From positions 62,001 through 126,000 of IMG/VR virus record IMGVR_UViG_3300003322_000571: a stretch of DNA of 64,000 nt; one strand, given 5' to 3'. The position numbers were made by a program, and so were the translations under genes. The first letter of the stretch is position 1, and each line of letters starts with the position of its first letter. A model generated the notes under the pieces. The model saw only the letters and a list, made by a program, of their open reading frames with translations, was not told the origin of the DNA and did no database searches. Positions 15,957 to 26,006 of the stretch are shown here, piece by piece.

Positions 15957-16781
15957 ATGCAAAAGCACCAACGCTATTCCGTCCACCAGTTCCACGATCT
16001 CGAGACTGCAGGTTTCTGCCCGCAAGAATACTCGAAGCTGAAATTCGGAAGTGATTCCGCGGCTCGCAAGCTCGGTCATGAGCTCGCCGCTGGTTTCTTC
16101 GCTGCACACAGCGCTGATATCCTGGCAAACCGGATCGTCGTCATTCCGTCGCCGTACAACCACGTGCCGAATGCCGCAACGGTGATGACCGGCCATTTCG
16201 TCAACAAGCTGAACGAACTGAGTGTTCTCGCCCGTGGTGAACATGTCGAGTACTCGATCATCCACCGCAAGGTCAGTTACACGAACGACTACGGCTTCCT
16301 GTCAAAGGAAAACCGGCGTGCACTGATCGACAACGACTCGTTCTACATGAACAGCAAGTTCTTGAAAGGGAAGACACTTGTGTTTGTCGACGACGTTCGG
16401 ATCACCGGCACGCACGAAGACAAGCTGGTCGAGATCCTCAAGCGTGACCGTGTCAAGAACGATGCGTTCTTCCTGTACTATGGCGAGTACTACGGCAACC
16501 AACCAGACATCGAAGGTCAACTGAACTTCAGCTTCGTTAAGTCTCTCGATGACTACCTCGGTCTGTCGCATGAACACGGCCATCACGTGATCGTTCGTCC
16601 GCTCAAGTACCTGCTCAAGCAGGATCAACAGACGCTGCGTCGCGTGTGCCAAGACTTCCCGTTCCACACACTCGAGAAGGTCTATCACGGCTGTCTCGCG
16701 GAAGGCTACTACCGGATTCCCGACTTTCAGAAGAATTTTGGGGTAATCGTTGAAGTGTACAACGATCGGACCGGAAAGTAA
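15957..16781 (+). CDS. Ter-associated phosphoribosyltransferase-like protein
   Basis: PRPP loop VFVDDVRITGTHE; YSKLKFG; located between HAD and TerD. Confidence 0.82.
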   Translation: MQKHQRYSVHQFHDLETAGFCPQEYSKLKFGSDSAARKLGHELAAGFFAAHSADILANRIVVIPSPYNHVPNAATVMTGHFVNKLNELSVLARGEHVEYSIIHRKVSYTNDYGFLSKENRRALIDNDSFYMNSKFLKGKTLVFVDDVRITGTHEDKLVEILKRDRVKNDAFFLYYGEYYGNQPDIEGQLNFSFVKSLDDYLGLSHEHGHHVIVRPLKYLLKQDQQTLRRVCQDFPFHTLEKVYHGCLAEGYYRIPDFQKNFGVIVEVYNDRTGK

Positions 16782-16819
16782 CAACTCTTCATTCACTTTT
16801 TCTCTGTAGGAGCATATAA

Positions 16820-17470
16820 ATGGCTGGTATCAATCTGTCCAAAGGTGGCAAGATCAATCTGTCGAAAGAAGCACCAGGCCTGACCAATGTGCTGGTCGGT
16901 CTGAGCTGGGGCGAGAACAAGTTCGCCACTGGTACGGACTACGACCTCGACTGTTCGGTGTTCTGCCTGAAGGCTGATCCGACTGCCCCCGCTGGTGCAC
17001 GACTGCTCGCCAACGAGTACTTCGTGTTCTACGGCTCGGCTGGCCTGTCGGAACCGGAAGGTGCCGTCAAGCACAGCGGTGACAATCGCACTGGCAATGC
17101 ACCGGGCATTGACGAATCGATCACTGTTCACCTCGACAAGCTGAACCCGCAAGTCGATGAACTGTCGTTCATCGTGACGATTCACGAAGCTGATCTGCGC
17201 AAGCAGAACTTCGGCCAGATTCCTGGCAGCTCGATCGCCCTGTACAACGCTGACAAGCTGTCGAACGGTGCGAAGTCGACTCCGGAAGAACTCGCTGCTG
17301 CACAAATCGCAATCTACTCGCTGGAAGACGACGCATCTGGTTCGACCGCAATGCAGTTCGGTTCGCTGAAGAAGCGTGCTGACGGCGCATGGCAGTTCGG
17401 TGCGGCTGGTAACGGCTACACGCAAGGTCTTGGCGACTTCGTTCTGCTGTACGGCGGCACGCTCGCCTGA
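16820..17470 (+). CDS. terD: TerD-family stress protein
   Basis: INLSKG..INLSK, VGLSW, DLDCS, HSGDNRTG, DESI, FIVTIH, NFGQ. Confidence 0.93.
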   Translation: MAGINLSKGGKINLSKEAPGLTNVLVGLSWGENKFATGTDYDLDCSVFCLKADPTAPAGARLLANEYFVFYGSAGLSEPEGAVKHSGDNRTGNAPGIDESITVHLDKLNPQVDELSFIVTIHEADLRKQNFGQIPGSSIALYNADKLSNGAKSTPEELAAAQIAIYSLEDDASGSTAMQFGSLKKRADGAWQFGAAGNGYTQGLGDFVLLYGGTLA

Positions 17471-17485
17471 AGAAAGGAACCGGCA

Positions 17486-18424
17486 ATGGCAAAGTTGCCG
17501 TTCCACACGCTCAACAAGCCCCAGCCTGAACAAAAACAGCCTGGGGCTGTTAAGCCTCTGGACTTTGGATCTGTTAAGAAGGTGGCTCCGCCTCCTGAGA
17601 AACAGATTGTTCAAACAGGTTTCGATCCGTTCAACTTTGCACCAAAGCCTGCTCCGCCACCTGAGCCTCCAAAGCCACCAGCTCCTCCGCAGAAGCTCGA
17701 CTTCAGTAATGTGAAGCCGCCAGCTACTCCGACGCCTGTTGTGCCTGCCGGTCCCGTCACTGTTCGCGCAGCGTTTCATGATCCTACTGACACGCAAGTG
17801 CCAGATGTGATTAAGATTGCTGAACAGTCGTTCCCGACTGTTGCTAAAACGTTTGCTGACAAACTGTTGATCCAAGTCAAGCAATTGATGCCATTTAAGA
17901 TGGAACATGCGATGACATGGGGAGATAAGAACCTGCAGAAGATGGCACAGGAGGCAACAACGTGTGCCAATTTGATTCGTGAGGTTGGTTCAGCTAAGGG
18001 TAGTGAACTGCTGGAAGCCGCACTTGAGTCGGTATCAAAGGCTCCCGGATTGCTTGCACGTTTGACTGGCAAAGGTGATTTGCTGGGTTACAAGCCTCGA
18101 ATTATTGTCCTTCAGCAACGAATCACTCAATGGTTGATTGACGTCGGACCGTTGGTTGAGGAAGTGAAGACGACCAACCAGAAGCTGGAAGTGCGGATGT
18201 GTTCGTACAGCAGCGTTATCAAGTACCTTGGTGACATGCCGGACGATGCGCTCGAACTTGCTGCGTCACAACGTCGAAACATGCTCGCGCAGGCTGTAAC
18301 GCAGTCACAGTTGCAGGTTGCTCAGATGGAACAGCTGCAAAAGCAGTTGATCCAAATGAAGCAGTCCGCGGATCAATTGCTCAATGTGACGATCCCAGCG
18401 TTCGAAACGGCAAATGCTCGTTGA
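17486..18424 (+). CDS. Pro-rich N-terminus plus TelA/KlaA-like coiled-coil protein
   Basis: PAPPPEPPKPPAPP linker; TWG..., GLLARLTG and C-terminal VTIPA resemble TelA. Confidence 0.55.
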   Translation: MAKLPFHTLNKPQPEQKQPGAVKPLDFGSVKKVAPPPEKQIVQTGFDPFNFAPKPAPPPEPPKPPAPPQKLDFSNVKPPATPTPVVPAGPVTVRAAFHDPTDTQVPDVIKIAEQSFPTVAKTFADKLLIQVKQLMPFKMEHAMTWGDKNLQKMAQEATTCANLIREVGSAKGSELLEAALESVSKAPGLLARLTGKGDLLGYKPRIIVLQQRITQWLIDVGPLVEEVKTTNQKLEVRMCSYSSVIKYLGDMPDDALELAASQRRNMLAQAVTQSQLQVAQMEQLQKQLIQMKQSADQLLNVTIPAFETANAR

Positions 18425-18479
18425 CTTATATGAAAGGATCGGTTACGATCCTTTCATTGTTTAATTCCGGGAGGAAGGA

Positions 18480-18713
18480 ATGAACCTCGCCAAATCAGTG
18501 GCACTACAACGAGCAACCGCACAGATCCAGGTTGTCGACTTCGACATCAACAACCAAGAACATCTCGATGCGTTCGCTCAGCTTGCACGGAACAACCGTC
18601 AACATCCGACGATTCGGTTCCGTCTCAAGTCGCCTTACCATGATGTCCGCTCGATGATCGCTCAAGAGCTGATGCATGCGTACCTGGACAAGGTCGTTCC
18701 GAAGAATCAATGA
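18480..18713 (+). CDS. hypothetical protein
   Basis: GGAGG SD; promoter-like TTGACT-N17-TACGAT at 18421. Confidence 0.75.
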   Translation: MNLAKSVALQRATAQIQVVDFDINNQEHLDAFAQLARNNRQHPTIRFRLKSPYHDVRSMIAQELMHAYLDKVVPKNQ

Positions 18714-19006
18714 CTGACGACACTTGCGGACTATGCAAACGGCCCTTAGGGGCCGTTCGTATTGAGCTCCATCACTTGATCCCGAAGACTTTCAAAGGGA
18801 AGGTCGTTGTACCTATCCACAAGATTTGTCATCAGAAGATCCACGCTACGTTCTCTGAACGAGAATTGCTCAATTATTACCATACATTCGAACGTCTGCT
18901 TGAACATGAGCAGATTGACAAGTTCGTTAAATGGGTGGCGAAGAAAGAGCCAGCGTTCTATGACAAGAACGATGATACGAAGGATCGGAACCGTAAGCGC
19001 CGTTAA
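18710..19006 (+). CDS. small HNH-type nuclease
   Basis: CGLC, HHLIP, ICHQKIH. Confidence 0.8.
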   Translation: MTDDTCGLCKRPLGAVRIELHHLIPKTFKGKVVVPIHKICHQKIHATFSERELLNYYHTFERLLEHEQIDKFVKWVAKKEPAFYDKNDDTKDRNRKRR

Positions 19007-19014
19007 ATGCGTCC

Positions 19015-19021
19015 ATAAATA
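19015..19021 (+). promoter_or_regulatory. T4-type late promoter core ATAAATA (also at 20505, 23674, 32902, 33309, 34866 on +; 201-207, 27213-27220, 63542-63548 on -)
   Basis: Recurs at gene boundaries directly upstream of lysis, virion-type and HEG genes; resembles the T4 late consensus TATAAATA. Confidence 0.75.
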
Positions 19022-19026
19022 CAAAC

Positions 19027-19212
19027 ATGGATGCACAACAAAAACAAATCAAGCAGCTTGAAGCGCAAGTAGCGAAGCTAGAGAAGGCAGTCAACCTGCT
19101 ACTCAATCGCACACATCAACTCGATGTAGAAGTCCGTCGTTTGAAAGGTAACCACCTTCAAACTAAGCACCAGATTGCTGCTGTTGAACGGAATTTGCAC
19201 CGAGGAGAATAA
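19027..19212 (+). CDS. late coiled-coil protein
   Basis: Heptad pattern; first gene of the spanin operon. Confidence 0.7.
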   Translation: MDAQQKQIKQLEAQVAKLEKAVNLLLNRTHQLDVEVRRLKGNHLQTKHQIAAVERNLHRGE

Positions 19213-19213
19213 A

Positions 19214-19600
19214 ATGTGGCTCAAGTATAAACTGCAGATCATTTTGGCACTGGTCGTACTAGCGATCGGTGCTGGCGCTGCTTGGTATGTGGGAAATCTT
19301 CGCACGACGATTGCAGATCAAAAGAGCTCGATTGTCAAGTTGGAACTGGAAAACCAGATCATCAAAGACAATAACGCGAAGTTAGAAGCATCAATCCATG
19401 CGAACAACGAAGCTATCACTAAACTGGCTGCAGGATCAGACGCTACTGTTAAGGCGTTCAACAGTCTCAACGTTAACGTCAAAGGACAATTGACAGGTCT
19501 TGATTCTCGTCTACAGGGAATCTTGAAAGAGAAGAAGCCGCAGTCTTGCCAAGAGACAATTCAATACTTGCTTGATGCTGTACCGGAGTATAACAAATGA
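19214..19600 (+). CDS. inner-membrane spanin (Rz-like)
   Basis: N-terminal TM followed by coiled coil and a C-terminal Cys; adjacent lipoprotein. Confidence 0.75.
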   Translation: MWLKYKLQIILALVVLAIGAGAAWYVGNLRTTIADQKSSIVKLELENQIIKDNNAKLEASIHANNEAITKLAAGSDATVKAFNSLNVNVKGQLTGLDSRLQGILKEKKPQSCQETIQYLLDAVPEYNK

Positions 19601-19968
19601 AATTCGTAGTAGCAATTGTCGCTGCGCTAATTCTAGCTGGATGCTCCACACAAACGATCATTCAAAAAGAGATTGTCACTGTCGACAAACCGATTCCGTT
19701 TATTCCAAAGCCTCCTGAAGTACCCAAGTTTGTCTCCCAAGTAGACAAACTTACTGCTGCAGATGCATCAGATCCTGGGAAAGTGGGGCAAGCGTACAAG
19801 TACGATACGCTGATGCTCCGCAAGTTGATCGCTATATATGAGCAGATTCTTGCGCAGTATAGCGCGAGTTCGACAGATTTCGACAAGATCAAAGGCGAGA
19901 TTGACAAAATCTATGCTGATATTAATGCAGCAGAGACAAAAGCCGTTGATAATGCAGCGAAAAAGTGA
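19597..19968 (+). CDS. outer-membrane spanin lipoprotein (Rz1-like)
   Basis: Lipobox LAGC followed by a Pro-rich segment. Confidence 0.75.
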   Translation: MKFVVAIVAALILAGCSTQTIIQKEIVTVDKPIPFIPKPPEVPKFVSQVDKLTAADASDPGKVGQAYKYDTLMLRKLIAIYEQILAQYSASSTDFDKIKGEIDKIYADINAAETKAVDNAAKK

Positions 19969-20032
19969 TCCGTTGATTCTTATCTAAAAATGGGGTAAAG
20001 TAGGGCATCCGTTGTACCTGTAAGGAGGCCCT

Positions 20033-20494
20033 ATGTTTGGATGGTTGCGTCGTAGTACGGCGCCGAATCTACTCAATTTCGACCGTGCTGACGTCGAATT
20101 GTACGGGCAAGCTCCGAAACCGACCGGTGACATCAGTCCGTTCATCCGCGACACCGATGCTCTATGCGCAAAGTATGCGCAAGAGGCAAAACAGCACTTT
20201 GAAAACTTGCGTAATCAGGCTGAGGAGACTGTACTCCCAGGTCAGACTGTCGATCAACGGTTCAAAAACCTGATTGAGGATGATCAGATCGTCCGTGATC
20301 TCGTCGCAAGCATGGGCGAGATTGAACGTCGGCATGCGCTCGAGCACGAAGAGGTGATCGAAGCACTGAAGCAGATCTCCACTGAAGTTCGTCGTGGCGC
20401 AACTGCTGCCAATCTGATCGACTTCGCTCGTCAGCATCCGTTCCTCAGCGGAATGATCGGGACCCACATCCTGCACAAGATCGCTTCGAAGTAA
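20033..20494 (+). CDS. hypothetical protein
   Basis: AGGAGG SD. Confidence 0.75.
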   Translation: MFGWLRRSTAPNLLNFDRADVELYGQAPKPTGDISPFIRDTDALCAKYAQEAKQHFENLRNQAEETVLPGQTVDQRFKNLIEDDQIVRDLVASMGEIERRHALEHEEVIEALKQISTEVRRGATAANLIDFARQHPFLSGMIGTHILHKIASK

Positions 20495-20535
20495 TCTAGC
20501 GCTCATAAATACGCCATCTAAAAGGATGGCGGTTT

Positions 20536-20808
20536 ATGAGACTGGAACAATTGTTTGAGAGCGACATCACTGTTCTCAAGAAATACAAACAGCAACTATC
20601 TGATCAAGAGCGTCAGCAATGTCTCGACGCTGACGCTGTTTGGCACCATGGCCCAGGCGGGAAGCCTTCGCCAGCTGTGTGGAAGTCTGTAAATCCAAAA
20701 ACGAAGAAGGTAACGTACGTGACTAACACTCACCGTGCGTACAACACTGCTTCTACGTTGGCTGGTGCGATTGACCGCTATCACAAATTCATTAAGGATA
20801 CGGCATGA
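20536..20808 (+). CDS. late protein with a capsid-targeting-like N-terminus
   Basis: MRLEQLFES behind ATAAATA. Confidence 0.7.
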   Translation: MRLEQLFESDITVLKKYKQQLSDQERQQCLDADAVWHHGPGGKPSPAVWKSVNPKTKKVTYVTNTHRAYNTASTLAGAIDRYHKFIKDTA

Positions 20809-21578
20809 GCGGACCAGGACCAATCAATCAATTCGCTAAGTCTGCTGGGGAGATGAACATTCCTAGCCAGTACGATAACAAAGACTTCGGTAAGAAGGTT
20901 AAAGCCGTTGCCAAGAAAGTGACGATTAAGTCATCCGGTGACGGTAAAGTATATGGCGCACGCGCTATCATGACAAAAGAGACACAATCGTTCCTTCAGT
21001 TCCTCGAACAGAAGATCCTCGCTGAGAAGGAGGAGACAAGTGATCAAATCGTTACCGAAGGTGATGATATCACATTGTTGCCTGATTCTGTTTTGGGTGA
21101 GATCAAATCGAATATCCGTGCTGGCGCAAGGGATCTAGAACAGAAGTGGAAGAACGCATTGGAACTCGTTCACAAGGCTTACCAAGTTGCCAACATTCGT
21201 CGTCCAACTCCGGATCAAAAAGGTGCTTGGAAACAGTACGAAGATATGATCAAGTTTGGCGTCGCACAGTTGCGTGCTACACGTGGCATTGACGGTGATT
21301 GGCGTATGACGCAAATTTCGATTCGTGAAGCGTACGAACAAGAGCCAGACAAGACGCAAAAGCTCGGTAAGCGTAGGTTCTTTGTTGAAGTGCCCGGCGA
21401 AGCTGCTGTTGAAGCTGACGGCAAGGACGTTGGTGAAATTATCGAGCAACTGACAAACAAATTCCGCCGACACGGTACAACAGTTCGCGTTGACCGTAGG
21501 GATGACCTCGGTGCTGTTCTATCAATTTGGAAGCACGGCATTCAGATTGACAAAATGGTTATCAAAGAGTTGTCGTAA
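20805..21578 (+). CDS. late hypothetical protein, probable head component
   Basis: Internal FLE/LAE/VTE sites; terminator at 21596-21631. Confidence 0.7.
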   Translation: MSGPGPINQFAKSAGEMNIPSQYDNKDFGKKVKAVAKKVTIKSSGDGKVYGARAIMTKETQSFLQFLEQKILAEKEETSDQIVTEGDDITLLPDSVLGEIKSNIRAGARDLEQKWKNALELVHKAYQVANIRRPTPDQKGAWKQYEDMIKFGVAQLRATRGIDGDWRMTQISIREAYEQEPDKTQKLGKRRFFVEVPGEAAVEADGKDVGEIIEQLTNKFRRHGTTVRVDRRDDLGAVLSIWKHGIQIDKMVIKELS

Positions 21579-21673
21579 CCGTTTTACACCTCACCAAAAA
21601 GCCTGCAACAGTTGAATGTTGCAGGCTTTTTGTTTAATATGTACATAACACTATAACTAGAAGGGTATACCCA

Positions 21674-22531
21674 ATGTCAAATTCCAAGTACGTGAAGCAT
21701 CCGTCGTTTTGCTACATTGCACCGACTTCACACTTGCAAGATGTCCTCGCATCCAAGACTCATCTCGTCCTTGCTCACCTCGTAGACGAGGATGAAACGT
21801 ACGCTGATTTCTACCATGATCTAGGCACAGCAAGCGGTGACTTCATCATGATGGACAACTCAGCTTACGAATTGAAGGTTCCGTACGCACCAACGAAGCT
21901 GATCGAACTTGCGTCGAAGTGTGCTGCAGATGTTGTCGTTCTCCCTGACTATCCATTCCAACCAGCCTCTGTTACAATCGAAGCTGCAAAAGAGTTCATT
22001 CCTCAGTTTAAGGAAGTCGGTCTCGGAACATTCTTCGTCCCTCAATCGAAGAAAGGTGATCTAGAAGACTGGATTCAAGCGTATATCTGGGCTGCAGAGA
22101 ATCCTGATATCGATGTGATCGGTATGTCAATTCTTGGTATTCCAAATGCCCTGTCAAACATCGATCCAGCTTATGCACGTGTCGTGATGACACAGTTGCT
22201 GATTGATCGTGGCGTGTTTAATTTTGATAAGCACCACCACTATCTTGGCTTGAACGCTGGCCCTGCTCTTGAGATTCCTTCGCTGCTGCGAATGAATGCT
22301 CTTGACACAATTGATAGCTCTGGTCCAATCTGGTCTGCTATTCTCGGTCATGAGTACACTATCAACGCCGACAGCTATCTTGCAACGAGTAAGCCAAAGA
22401 TGCCTGTCAATTTCCATATCAAGGAATCACGTGATGCTGCGACGATTACTCGTATTAACCACAACATCACTTTGACGCAAAGTTTGTTTGCAGGCGCTAA
22501 CGACGTCAAAACATGGTACGCACAGGAGTAA
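21674..22531 (+). CDS. TGT-fold protein, putative DNA/tRNA guanine transglycosylase (DpdA-like)
   Basis: MMDNSAYE, VLPD, HYLG, DTIDSS in TGT motif order; queE and queD in the same window. Confidence 0.6.
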   Translation: MSNSKYVKHPSFCYIAPTSHLQDVLASKTHLVLAHLVDEDETYADFYHDLGTASGDFIMMDNSAYELKVPYAPTKLIELASKCAADVVVLPDYPFQPASVTIEAAKEFIPQFKEVGLGTFFVPQSKKGDLEDWIQAYIWAAENPDIDVIGMSILGIPNALSNIDPAYARVVMTQLLIDRGVFNFDKHHHYLGLNAGPALEIPSLLRMNALDTIDSSGPIWSAILGHEYTINADSYLATSKPKMPVNFHIKESRDAATITRINHNITLTQSLFAGANDVKTWYAQE

Positions 22532-22535
22532 TACG

Positions 22536-23192
22536 ATGGGCACAATGACACAAGAAAACCGTGAAGTTGTTGCCCGTGCTCTTCGTGTCAATTACGGACT
22601 CGTCGTTCATTGTTACAAGTTTAACAAGGAAACGATGGACACGATCCGTGAGATGGTTTCTGTTGGACAAAAGCCATACGATCCGAAGAACGCTGACTTT
22701 GTTGGTGACACACTAGATCGACATCCTTGGAGCTGTTATGGCAATAACCAAGAGATCGTTGCTGCGATGACTTTAGTTCATCATGAGAGTGTGTGGCCAG
22801 AACATGTCAATTTCGCTCGTTCGAAGTTCGATCAGAATACGAAGAAAGTTGACCTCAATATCAACGGACGATCGTTTCAAGTAAAGACCGCCAAACGTGG
22901 TGCTCAGCATTGGTTCGTTCCAGAGAACGATCTGATCGGTGAAGCAGATATGATGCTTGTCGTAGATGCTGCACGTGGACTGATGTATGAATTTGATCGT
23001 GCTCCTTTCAGACGCAACATGAAAGAGCAAATGGATATTGGTGGTCCGTATGATCAATGGCGAGGTGAGCAAGGTTGGTTCGTCGATACCAGCGAAATTG
23101 ATTTTGTCACCACCTATACGATTCCTGCAGGTGTTGCGATGACTTACCTTGAAGGTGACATAATGGTTTATAATGACGGGCTGAAACTATGA
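22536..23192 (+). CDS. putative PD-(D/E)XK nuclease
   Basis: KKVDLNINGRSFQVKT motif. Confidence 0.45.
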   Translation: MGTMTQENREVVARALRVNYGLVVHCYKFNKETMDTIREMVSVGQKPYDPKNADFVGDTLDRHPWSCYGNNQEIVAAMTLVHHESVWPEHVNFARSKFDQNTKKVDLNINGRSFQVKTAKRGAQHWFVPENDLIGEADMMLVVDAARGLMYEFDRAPFRRNMKEQMDIGGPYDQWRGEQGWFVDTSEIDFVTTYTIPAGVAMTYLEGDIMVYNDGLKL

Positions 23193-23677
23193 AGAACAAA
23201 TCAACACGAATCATGAGGCAAATGGTAGTCGATCAGATTACTAAGGGCCGTGCAGAGTATCAAGCAGGTGGAGATCCACATATCGAAGTGTTTGGACCGG
23301 ACGGCAAGTCTGGTTATATCAACTTGCTTAACGAACAACAATCGCTCCCTCAACTTGACAACCAGTTCAATACTCTACCAACGAGCTGCTACGGTAGTGT
23401 GTTGTCGTTTGAAGAAGTTGTTGACATTGTCAAAGCGGAACGTCAATACCAAGCATCGAAGTATAATGAACAACCGCAATCACTTCCCGGCTTTTTGCTG
23501 ATTCTCCAAAAGGAGATTGAAGAAGCAATTGACGGATGGATGAAGGGAGTTAATACTGGCAGGGATTCACCGTTGAATGAAGTGGTTCAGATTGCTGCAA
23601 CCGCTGTTGCATGTATTGAACGTTACGGTGCAACAGGTATCACAACGAACACGAACGACGAGCCGCAGTATCGATAA
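23189..23677 (+). CDS. MazG-like helical NTP pyrophosphatase domain (C-terminal)
   Basis: AERQYQ..KY.EQ, ILQKEIEEA, EVVQIAATAVACIE. Confidence 0.55.
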   Translation: MKNKSTRIMRQMVVDQITKGRAEYQAGGDPHIEVFGPDGKSGYINLLNEQQSLPQLDNQFNTLPTSCYGSVLSFEEVVDIVKAERQYQASKYNEQPQSLPGFLLILQKEIEEAIDGWMKGVNTGRDSPLNEVVQIAATAVACIERYGATGITTNTNDEPQYR

Positions 23678-23703
23678 ATACCGGACTTTCCGGATTTATC
23701 AAC

Positions 23704-24351
23704 ATGAAACTGCACGAAATCGTTACTGAACAAGAACTCATCTCTGAAGTCAACTGGCGTTCAGCACTAGCTGCTGGTACAATCGCAGCTAGTGCTATGG
23801 CACCTAGTCATTTGACTGCAAATAAAGCACCTGACCATTCGCCAGCACAAGTTGCTGCGATGCAGAAGCTATACCATAACCAGGGTATTGATCAACTGTC
23901 TCGTATTATTCAAAAGAAGTACAAGGGAGTTGATGATCAAACTGCTCGTCAGATTGCTGATCTAGCACAGAAACATGCTAAGCCAGGTTTCCCACGAGCA
24001 GTTGATATCTTGTCGGTTATTGGTATTGAGAGTTCGTTTAGGCCAACAGCGGTTTCACAATTGAAGAATGATCCTGCGCGTGGACTTATGCAAATGCGTC
24101 CAGGCGTTTGGGGTTTAAAGAAGTCTGACCTTGCTACAATCGAAAAGCAGATTGAGCGAGGTGCAGACGTTCTGCATCAGTACTACGAAAAGCTTGGTAG
24201 TGCTAAAGATGCTCTCCATGCGTACAACATCGGTATCACAAACCTTCGTAAGAACAAGGGACTGAATCCAAAGTACGTAGATAAGTTCCGTAAAGAACGA
24301 GAACAGTACGACACATTTTCCCCGTCATACGCATCAGTTGACCCCGTATAA
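23704..24351 (+). CDS. lytic transglycosylase (SLT), late, probably virion-packaged
   Basis: IESSF, ARGLMQ, ALHAYNIG; N-terminus MKLHEIVTE. Confidence 0.88.
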   Translation: MKLHEIVTEQELISEVNWRSALAAGTIAASAMAPSHLTANKAPDHSPAQVAAMQKLYHNQGIDQLSRIIQKKYKGVDDQTARQIADLAQKHAKPGFPRAVDILSVIGIESSFRPTAVSQLKNDPARGLMQMRPGVWGLKKSDLATIEKQIERGADVLHQYYEKLGSAKDALHAYNIGITNLRKNKGLNPKYVDKFRKEREQYDTFSPSYASVDPV

Positions 24352-24401
24352 CACAACGCGTATACTGACGGCATAACTATAACAATAAGGAGAACACGTA
24401 G

Positions 24402-24974
24402 ATGTTCATCAATCCTAGAACAGCAATTGCTGAAGGCTGGGTTACTTTTCCTGCATGGATGACGGAAGAGCAGAAAGAAAAGTGCATTCAGCCGAACGCA
24501 CTTGATTTTACGTTGGACCACGTTAACGCTATTAGGACAGACGTTCCGTTTATCCTGTATGAAGACAAGTCAAAAGTCCAGCACCGTAGGTTGATCGAAG
24601 TCGCACCTTCGAACGGCGTATTCCATCTTGTCAATCAGTTTGAATCGCCTCTGTGGGGTGGCTACTTCAACACGACAAAGTACGATTTTCAGTCTGACTT
24701 CTATGTCAACTTGCCGGAGGGCGTTGCTGCACTTGTTATTGTTCGCTCAACGTTGAACCGTAACGGCCTGTTTATTACAACGGGTCTTTGGGATTCTGGT
24801 TTCAAAGGTCATATCGCCGGTGTTCTTCACAATACCGATGGTGAAGCTCATATCGAAGAGCACGTCCGTATTGGACAAATCATGTTCATCAAGTCAGAAT
24901 TCAGTGGAGCTCTGTACGCTGGTGGATACAACACTGAAGCAGGCCAACATTGGACCACAAGGAGTACACAATGA
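24402..24974 (+). CDS. trimeric dUTPase / dCTP deaminase family protein
   Basis: QPNALD, RSTLNRNG, WDSGFKG, RIGQIMF. Confidence 0.85.
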   Translation: MFINPRTAIAEGWVTFPAWMTEEQKEKCIQPNALDFTLDHVNAIRTDVPFILYEDKSKVQHRRLIEVAPSNGVFHLVNQFESPLWGGYFNTTKYDFQSDFYVNLPEGVAALVIVRSTLNRNGLFITTGLWDSGFKGHIAGVLHNTDGEAHIEEHVRIGQIMFIKSEFSGALYAGGYNTEAGQHWTTRSTQ

Positions 24975-25195
24975 GTGACGAACTAAAACGAATCGAACAA
25001 CTAGAACAAGCTGTTGTTCAGCTGACGAAGCAAGTAAACTACATGGCACTTCAACTTGGATTCATTCAAGTTGCACCCGCTGCCACGGCCGCTGGTGAAG
25101 GTGTTGCTGGCCAACGTCAAATCGCTGGTAATCCGAACCGTACTGAAACAGGAATGGGCCCTCTACTCAATCCAACCGGATCGCAGTACCTGTAA
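24971..25195 (+). CDS. hypothetical protein
   Basis: AAGGAG SD; ATGA overlap. Confidence 0.7.
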   Translation: MSDELKRIEQLEQAVVQLTKQVNYMALQLGFIQVAPAATAAGEGVAGQRQIAGNPNRTETGMGPLLNPTGSQYL

Positions 25196-25387
25196 TCTCT
25201 AGTTGATCAACTAAGCTAAAGGGGTGATAGTGAAAACGTCACCTCTTTTTCTTTTGTTGGTTATCTTTGGAGAACCAGGTATGATGATAACACTTCAATA
25301 CTTCCTTGAAAACGCCGTCGCGAAGATGTTCTACGACGACACGGTCGAAACAAGGATGTCCTATAACAAGAAAAACAAGGATACCAA

Positions 25388-26005
25388 ATGTCAAAACCAC
25401 GGGGCTACATTGAACGCGTTCTGTTCATTGACGCTGAAACATCTGGGATTGCGCTCGGCAGTGCAGACCCCTCCTACGATGAAGCGTCCGGTAAGGAATA
25501 TCAAGCTGTCTCATGGGGGTTGGTTGTAGCCGACGCTCAGACGTTGAAGCCACTCGACAAACTGTATGTCGAGATCAAATACAACGGAACAGCAGAATGG
25601 TCAAAGGAAGCTCAAAAAGTCCACGGCCTTTCGCTAGCATACCTTGAAGAAAATGGCGTTGATGAAGAAGACGCCGTTGTTCAAATCGCCGAACTAATCC
25701 TCAAGCACTGGGGCCACGACGGTGTCGTTTGTGTTGGTGGTCATAACGTTGCGACGTTTGATCTGCCATTCTTCCGTCGACTGCTTAACAAATTTGACAT
25801 CAATGTCAAGTTCGGCAGCAAGACGATTGACACGAACGCAATTGGTTTCGCAACTTTCGGCACTCACAATAGTGACGACTTGTTCGAAATGGTAGGATTG
25901 CCACCTCGCGATCCTGCAGGACATAATGCACTAGACGATGCTGATCGTGCTCGTCAAGCAGTAATGTATGTCCGTAAGCTGTTCAAACACTGCGTGGACG
26001 GCTAA
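25388..26005 (+). CDS. DEDDh 3'-5' exonuclease (DnaQ/RNase T-like)
   Basis: IDAETSG, GHNVATFD, IDT, HNALDDA. Confidence 0.9.
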   Translation: MSKPRGYIERVLFIDAETSGIALGSADPSYDEASGKEYQAVSWGLVVADAQTLKPLDKLYVEIKYNGTAEWSKEAQKVHGLSLAYLEENGVDEEDAVVQIAELILKHWGHDGVVCVGGHNVATFDLPFFRRLLNKFDINVKFGSKTIDTNAIGFATFGTHNSDDLFEMVGLPPRDPAGHNALDDADRARQAVMYVRKLFKHCVDG

Positions 26006-26006
26006 T

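Noticed and set aside
25224-25529. 101-aa ORF
   Set aside because: It starts inside a terminator/promoter hairpin and overlaps the exonuclease by 142 nt; not supported.
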